From positions 180,001 through 212,000 of the forward strand of contig CP064992.1 of NCBI GenBank assembly GCA_016699935.1: a DNA stretch of 32,000 bases. Direction: 5' to 3'. The notes below the pieces were generated by a model, which was given only the letters and a program-made list of their open reading frames with translations, did no database searches and had not been told where the DNA came from. Below, piece after piece: positions 28,632-32,000 of this stretch (positions are counted from its first letter, which is position 1; every line of letters begins with the position of its first letter). Source of the stretch: Candidatus Saccharimonadota bacterium. Lineage in GTDB: Bacteria > Patescibacteriota > Saccharimonadia > Saccharimonadales > UBA4665. The position numbers and the translations under genes are program-made.

Positions 28632-29700
28632 ACTATACGTAGTAACTCACCACCTTTGCAACCTAAAAGGTAGGCGTCCTAAACTGTTATTACCACATAA
28701 CAATGAAAGGAGCCTACCATGGCTTATTCTACCAACCCTAACTTACCAAAAGCGAGAGCAATTGCCATGCAGTTGCTCATCCGTGAAAAGCTACCACTAC
28801 AGGTGGTAAGGAACCGTTGCGGTGTACACCGCAGTACAGTCTGGCGCTGGAAACAGAAATGGGAGGCGCTCAATGAGAACGTTCAGCTTACCAACGATAA
28901 CCGACCAACCAGGAGTGCCGGCAATGTATTTAGGCAAGCAGCCCTCAAGTGGCTGGTTCCCACCATTAGCTCAGGCCATGTACCAGTCCTCGTGCTGTTG
29001 CTCTTATATTGTTGCCCGAGTACTAGAGCTTCGGGCTCAACTTAAGGCTGTGCTGAGGTTGTTTGGTACCACATCGCCCGCACGGATGGCTTACACGTAA
29101 GCCTGAGTAGTGTGCGCCGCATATTGCGGCGTTACCACTGCTTTGACGGTGCTCGGAAGAAACGGGTGCGTCCAGATAATCCAAGGCGTCCCCACGTGAC
29201 TAGGCCTGGTGAGCTGGTTGAAACGGACACCATTCACTATATTTGCCCATTAACCAAGAGCAGACGGTATGTCTATACCGTCATAGATTTGTATACCCGT
29301 ATGGCCTACGTCGAGATCCATCCTCGCATTCTGCCTGGCTTGGCTGCACGTGTGGTGCTACATGCCAGGAATGAGTTTGGCTTTGACTTCCATATGGTGC
29401 AGGCTGACAATGGTCCGAGTTTAGCCATTACTTTGAGCAAGTGCTCAGAAGAAATGTTATGTCTACCCGACATACCAGACTGGGGAGACCTAATGACAAT
29501 GCACACATAGAACGCTTTAACCGCACCGTCCAGGAAGAATGTCTTGGAAGCTCAATATCCTACAAGATAACCACCAAGCACATACAAACAAAACTAGACG
29601 ATTACCTTGAATATTACAACTTCAAGCGAGTACACTTGAGTTTACAGTGCAAGACTCCTGCTGAAATGTTGCAAGGTCTTGAGTTCTCTACGACTATAGT
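28632..29700 (+). mobile_element. IS481-like insertion sequence (about 1.07 kb) with imperfect terminal inverted repeats.
   Basis: Left end ACTATACGTAGTAACTCACCACCTTTGCAAC (28632-28662). The reverse complement of the right end is ACTATAGTCGTAGAGAACTCAAGACCTTGCAAC (29668-29700). The repeats enclose an HTH plus DDE (rve) transposase. No clear target-site duplication was seen. Confidence 0.7.
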
Positions 29701-29752
29701 CCGTGATTCCCAATTTTTCGCCCAACACCAGGCAGCTTCTTGTCATCTTTAG
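28719..29752 (+). pseudogene. DDE (rve-type) transposase in at least 3 frame fragments.
   Basis: HTH part ...VVRNRCGVHRSTVWRWKQKW. Catalytic core ...GELVETDTIHY...VQADNG(PEF), then after re-framing SHYFEQVLRRNVMSTRHTRLGRPNDNAHIERFNRTVQEE...YYNFKRVHLSL. The breaks sit at short homopolymers. The nominal ORF end at 29752 lies beyond the right inverted repeat, so the true stop is uncertain. Confidence 0.8.
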
Positions 29753-29788
29753 CCAACAAAGACGCACGTTACGGGAGTTATTCTCGTA

Positions 29789-29865
29789 CAGGGATGGGGA
29801 ACGTGAAATTGGGGCTTTCACCTCGGATCGTGAAATAACAGGGGACGGTTTCGTCTGGGATTGAC
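29789..29865 (+). repeat. Dispersed twin-hairpin repeat, copy 4 (full length, best-preserved hairpins).
   Basis: GGGATGGGGAACGTGAAATTGGGGCTTTCACCTCGGATCGTGAAATAACAGGGGACGGTTTCGTCTGGGAT. Hairpin 1 is GTGAAA/TTTCAC. Hairpin 2 is GTGAAA/TTTCGT. Confidence 0.8.
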
Positions 29866-29914
29866 TCGACAGTGGTAATTTTCTTGGTGTTTGGTGTAAC
29901 AGCTGGTTAACCGC

Positions 29915-30325
29915 TTATTTTTGCGATGTGGGCCACTTCCATGCGTAGCGAATAATGAGTATGAGGAGGACGACTTCTATGGCAGCGCCTAAAAACATGT
30001 GAGGCCAAGCTTCTCCTACCAAATTAAATAACATATAAGGAATATAAACCGTAGCTATTATAATGTTTGTCCGCCGACTGATCTTTGCCGGTAAGCCAAC
30101 AGAGAGAAAAATCATGAGAGCAGGGATAATTACCCCGACGAGTGCTGCAAATAGAAAAGCTTGAGAAATATCAAATGTAAACACTTTACCTGAGAAAATG
30201 TCTTCTAAGGTGCCCGGCATGTACAAGTGAAAATAATCTACGTAGGTGTAGAAAAACAAAACTCGTCCATAGTGCAGCGAGTTTTACGCGGACACTAACT
30301 TTTGTTCATCCAGTTTAGCTTTCAT
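29915..30325 (-). CDS. Small polytopic membrane protein. Frame breaks near the N-terminus.
   Basis: ORF 29915-30259 plus the upstream ATG at 30325 (MKAKLDEQKLVS...). The re-framed linker reads VRVKLAALWTSFVF, followed by LYTYVDYFHLYMPG... Confidence 0.6.
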
Positions 30326-31030
30326 ATTTGTTCCTACCCCTTTTTCTCTGTAATAATTGCGCCCTGAGCGAGTTATATTATAGGTTTAGTTGTTGACCGC
30401 TTGTTCCTATTTCTTCATTCCTTCATTGCATTATACACTGCGCATTGAACTACAGGCGTGTTTACACTGATGTAGGAATATGTCGGATATTTGACCCCAG
30501 CAATTAAGTTTAGCGAGTAATAAAAAGACCTTCCAGAAACTTAAAAAGCCTACTGCAGTGCAAGATAGCAGACGCATTTCTAGCTTTTATTTTAGCGTTT
30601 AGAACGATTACGGGCTATTGCACTTGACTGAAGGAATGCATTTCACGGAGTTGATATGGGTCGTCCAAAAGAATGCAGCAACGATTTTATATTCTGTATA
30701 AGCAACATGAGCTTGCATTATGTATCTCTGTTAAACTATAATCTACTAGGTCATTCAGATATGCTCCTTTGTTTAGGGTGACGAGTGCCAGTGGCATTTC
30801 GGAGGGCAACTTTGCGGTGCGAACCTTGTGTGCTTAGCAGCGAATTTTCTGGGTCGCGGAACGTGATCGAACTCGCCCAGCTAAAGAAGAACTTTTACAA
30901 TATAACTCTGCTTTTTAACCCAATTTTTCAAACCAAGGAACTGTTTGGAAAATTGAGAGGAGAAGCATAGGTTTAGGTCGAAGCTTTTGGCTTTTTAGCC
31001 AAAACGAGACTTTACCATAAGCTTCGACGA

Positions 31031-31053
31031 GCGGGGTGTAGCTCAGTTGTTTA
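31031..31053 (+). repeat. Copy of the first ~21 nt of tRNA-Gly (acceptor 5' strand plus D-arm), located 96 bp upstream of the gene.
   Basis: GCGGGGTGTAGCTCAGTTGTTTA versus the gene GCGGGTGTAGCTCAGTTGTTTA. There is one extra G. It includes the same unusual D-loop. Confidence 0.8.
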
Positions 31054-31089
31054 CCGTATCATACGATACGGCCATGTCGTATGACATGG
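31054..31089 (+). other. Two abutting perfect 7-bp hairpins with mutually complementary tetraloops.
   Basis: CCGTATC-ATAC-GATACGG (31054-31071) and CCATGTC-GTAT-GACATGG (31072-31089). Loop ATAC is the reverse complement of loop GTAT. Confidence 0.7.
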
Positions 31090-31126
31090 GAGCGCATGTA
31101 CCTTACAATATATTTACACCAAGTAT

Positions 31127-31203
31127 GCGGGTGTAGCTCAGTTGTTTAGAGCGCGTCCTTGCCAAGGACGAGGCCAGGGGTTAGAGTCCCCTCACCCGCA
31201 CCA
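31127..31203 (+). tRNA. tRNA-Gly (anticodon GCC) with a non-canonical D-loop and T-loop.
   Basis: GCGGGTG-TA-GCTC-AGTTGTTTA-GAGC-G-CGTCC-TTGCCAA-GGACG-AGGCC-AGGGG-TTAGAGT-CCCCT-CACCCGC-A-CCA. All four stems pair perfectly. The D-loop lacks GG (GTTT instead of GGT). T-loop position 56 is A instead of C. Confidence 0.85.
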
Positions 31204-31239
31204 TATAAAATGCCTCAGCAAAAGCTGGGGTTTTTATAT
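31204..31239 (+). terminator. Terminator hairpin after tRNA-Gly.
   Basis: CCTCAGC-AAAA-GCTGGGG followed by TTTTT. The stem is extended by ATATAAAA/TTTTATAT. Confidence 0.7.
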
Positions 31240-31360
31240 GGTTCTGGGCTGGGGGGGCTCTAACAGGGGAGTGCCAGTGGCACTCCCCGACCCGAAGCCC
31301 GGCGACCCTGGGAGCCGGGTTGTCGTAGCAGCGCATAAGCATCTGCGCTCGCCGACAAGG

Positions 31361-31381
31361 AGAGTCCCCTCACCCGCACCA
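31361..31381 (+). repeat. Perfect 21-nt direct repeat of the tRNA-Gly 3' end (att-like).
   Basis: AGAGTCCCCTCACCCGCACCA occurs at 31183-31203 and again at 31361-31381. Confidence 0.85.
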
Positions 31382-31400
31382 ATAATCTTATTGTTAATCT

Positions 31401-31427
31401 AAAGAGATCATTTGATCTCTTTTTGTT
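31401..31427 (+). terminator. Rho-independent terminator.
   Basis: AAAGAGAT-CATTTG-ATCTCTTT followed by TTGTT. Confidence 0.6.
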
Positions 31428-31577
31428 AAAATGTTATCACTGTGCAATACATTTTCCACGTGTCCATTACCGATAACTTTATTGACAGGGATGTTCATGA
31501 CATTTTCTGAAAAAAATACGACTTTTCGCCAGACACCATTTTACTGATCACCCCTATGATGGTCCTGAGAAAGATTT

Positions 31578-32000
31578 TTGCTCAGTGAGATTAAACGACT
31601 CGGTTTCAGTATAGAATCGCACTACTCTTACTTATCTACTCTAGGAGACAAGTTTAGAACCACCCTACTCGAAACCATTGAATATAAGGACAAAGGATAC
31701 CCAATATACTGCATTGACTTTTGCCCTGATGCCACTGGTCAACGCTTATTTATACTGTCTGGTAGTCATGGGAACGAAGAGGCTGGCTTAATAGCGGTAG
31801 AACGATTCATTGAATTTCTAGACACTGTGGGTGAAGAAACAAATGTCGCTATCCGTATCGTCACCCCTCACAATCCTGTTGGCACAGCTATGTTTTCTAG
31901 GTACAACGGTCAGGGCTACGATATGAATCGCGATTTTGCAAAAAAAGAATACAATTGAGACTCAGGCGGTCATGAAGAGCTTTGAAGAGTTTAAGCCCAC
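31578..32000 (+). CDS. M14-like zinc carboxypeptidase / succinylglutamate desuccinylase-aspartoacylase superfamily protein. Partial, with a frame break at an A-run near 31945. It continues past the window end.
   Basis: LFILSGSHGNEEAGLIAVERFIEFL contains the HxxE zinc-ligand motif in its usual context. After ...RDFAKK the frame shifts and remains open to the window end. The start is uncertain: TTG at 31578, or ATG at 31558 with a break in a T-run. Confidence 0.5.

Noticed and set aside
28719-29752. Programmed ribosomal frameshifting in the IS transposase, as in IS3-family orfA/orfB.
   Set aside because: At least three breaks are needed, including one inside the DDE core (GP|EF). No slippery heptamer (A AAA AAG type) is present at the junctions. 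IS481-type elements normally encode one continuous ORF. The breaks match the window-wide homopolymer deletion pattern.
17558-29865. The dispersed 70-nt repeats as a CRISPR array or as its remnants.
   Set aside because: The copies are kilobases apart and separated by genes. There is no regular repeat-spacer periodicity, and no cas genes are present in the window.
31031-31126. The upstream tRNA-like segment as a complete second tRNA gene carrying an intron in its D-loop.
   Set aside because: After the twin hairpins only GAGCG resembles tRNA. No anticodon stem, T-arm or complementary 3' acceptor strand can be formed before the intact tRNA-Gly begins. It is therefore a 5' fragment only.

Overview
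This 32 kb window looks like it comes from a small-genome bacterium. My guess, at low confidence, is Candidatus Saccharibacteria or another CPR-type monoderm. That guess rests only on gene content, leaderless-type promoters and many secreted low-charge proteins. No database search was possible.

Gene order, left to right:
1. 1-5312: a surface-protein locus. It holds at least three paralogous secreted T/S/N/G-rich proteins (two are a near-identical tandem pair), a shorter relative that shares their C-terminal module, and a divergently transcribed membrane-anchored repeat protein.
2. 5402-11278, minus strand: an F1Fo ATP synthase operon ordered atpF-atpH-atpA-atpG-atpD-atpC. It has two homologous spacers of about 105 nt, a 527-nt purine-rich tract after atpA, and no a or c subunit genes at the expected upstream position.
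3. 12354-18032: housekeeping genes galU, an IscS/NifS-type cysteine desulfurase, tatD, metG and a HIT hydrolase.
4. 18051-25783: membrane proteins, tRNA-Leu, a decayed HNH endonuclease, an ECF sigma/anti-sigma pair, a TPM/LemA pair and an L-lactate permease.
5. 25786-32000: an accessory-looking stretch. It contains a hairpin-dense non-coding region of about 300 nt, an NDT-like protein, tRNA-Cys, membrane proteins, a SAM methyltransferase, an IS481-like element, a gene-poor tract, an unusual tRNA-Gly flanked by copies of its own ends, and an M14-like peptidase.

Main caveat: about 20 of roughly 38 protein genes, including essential ATP synthase subunits, are interrupted by single-base frame breaks. 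Almost all of these sit at homopolymer runs. I read this as uncorrected indel error in the assembly rather than pseudogenisation. Gene coordinates below therefore often join two or more ORF-track fragments.

Most interesting non-standard signals: the surface-protein locus; a dispersed twin-hairpin repeat of about 70 nt (4 copies, same orientation); the repeated atp spacers and the possible disordered tail on atpA; the structured non-coding region at 25.8-26.1 kb; and a tRNA-Gly in which the universal G19:C56 tertiary pair appears replaced by U:A.
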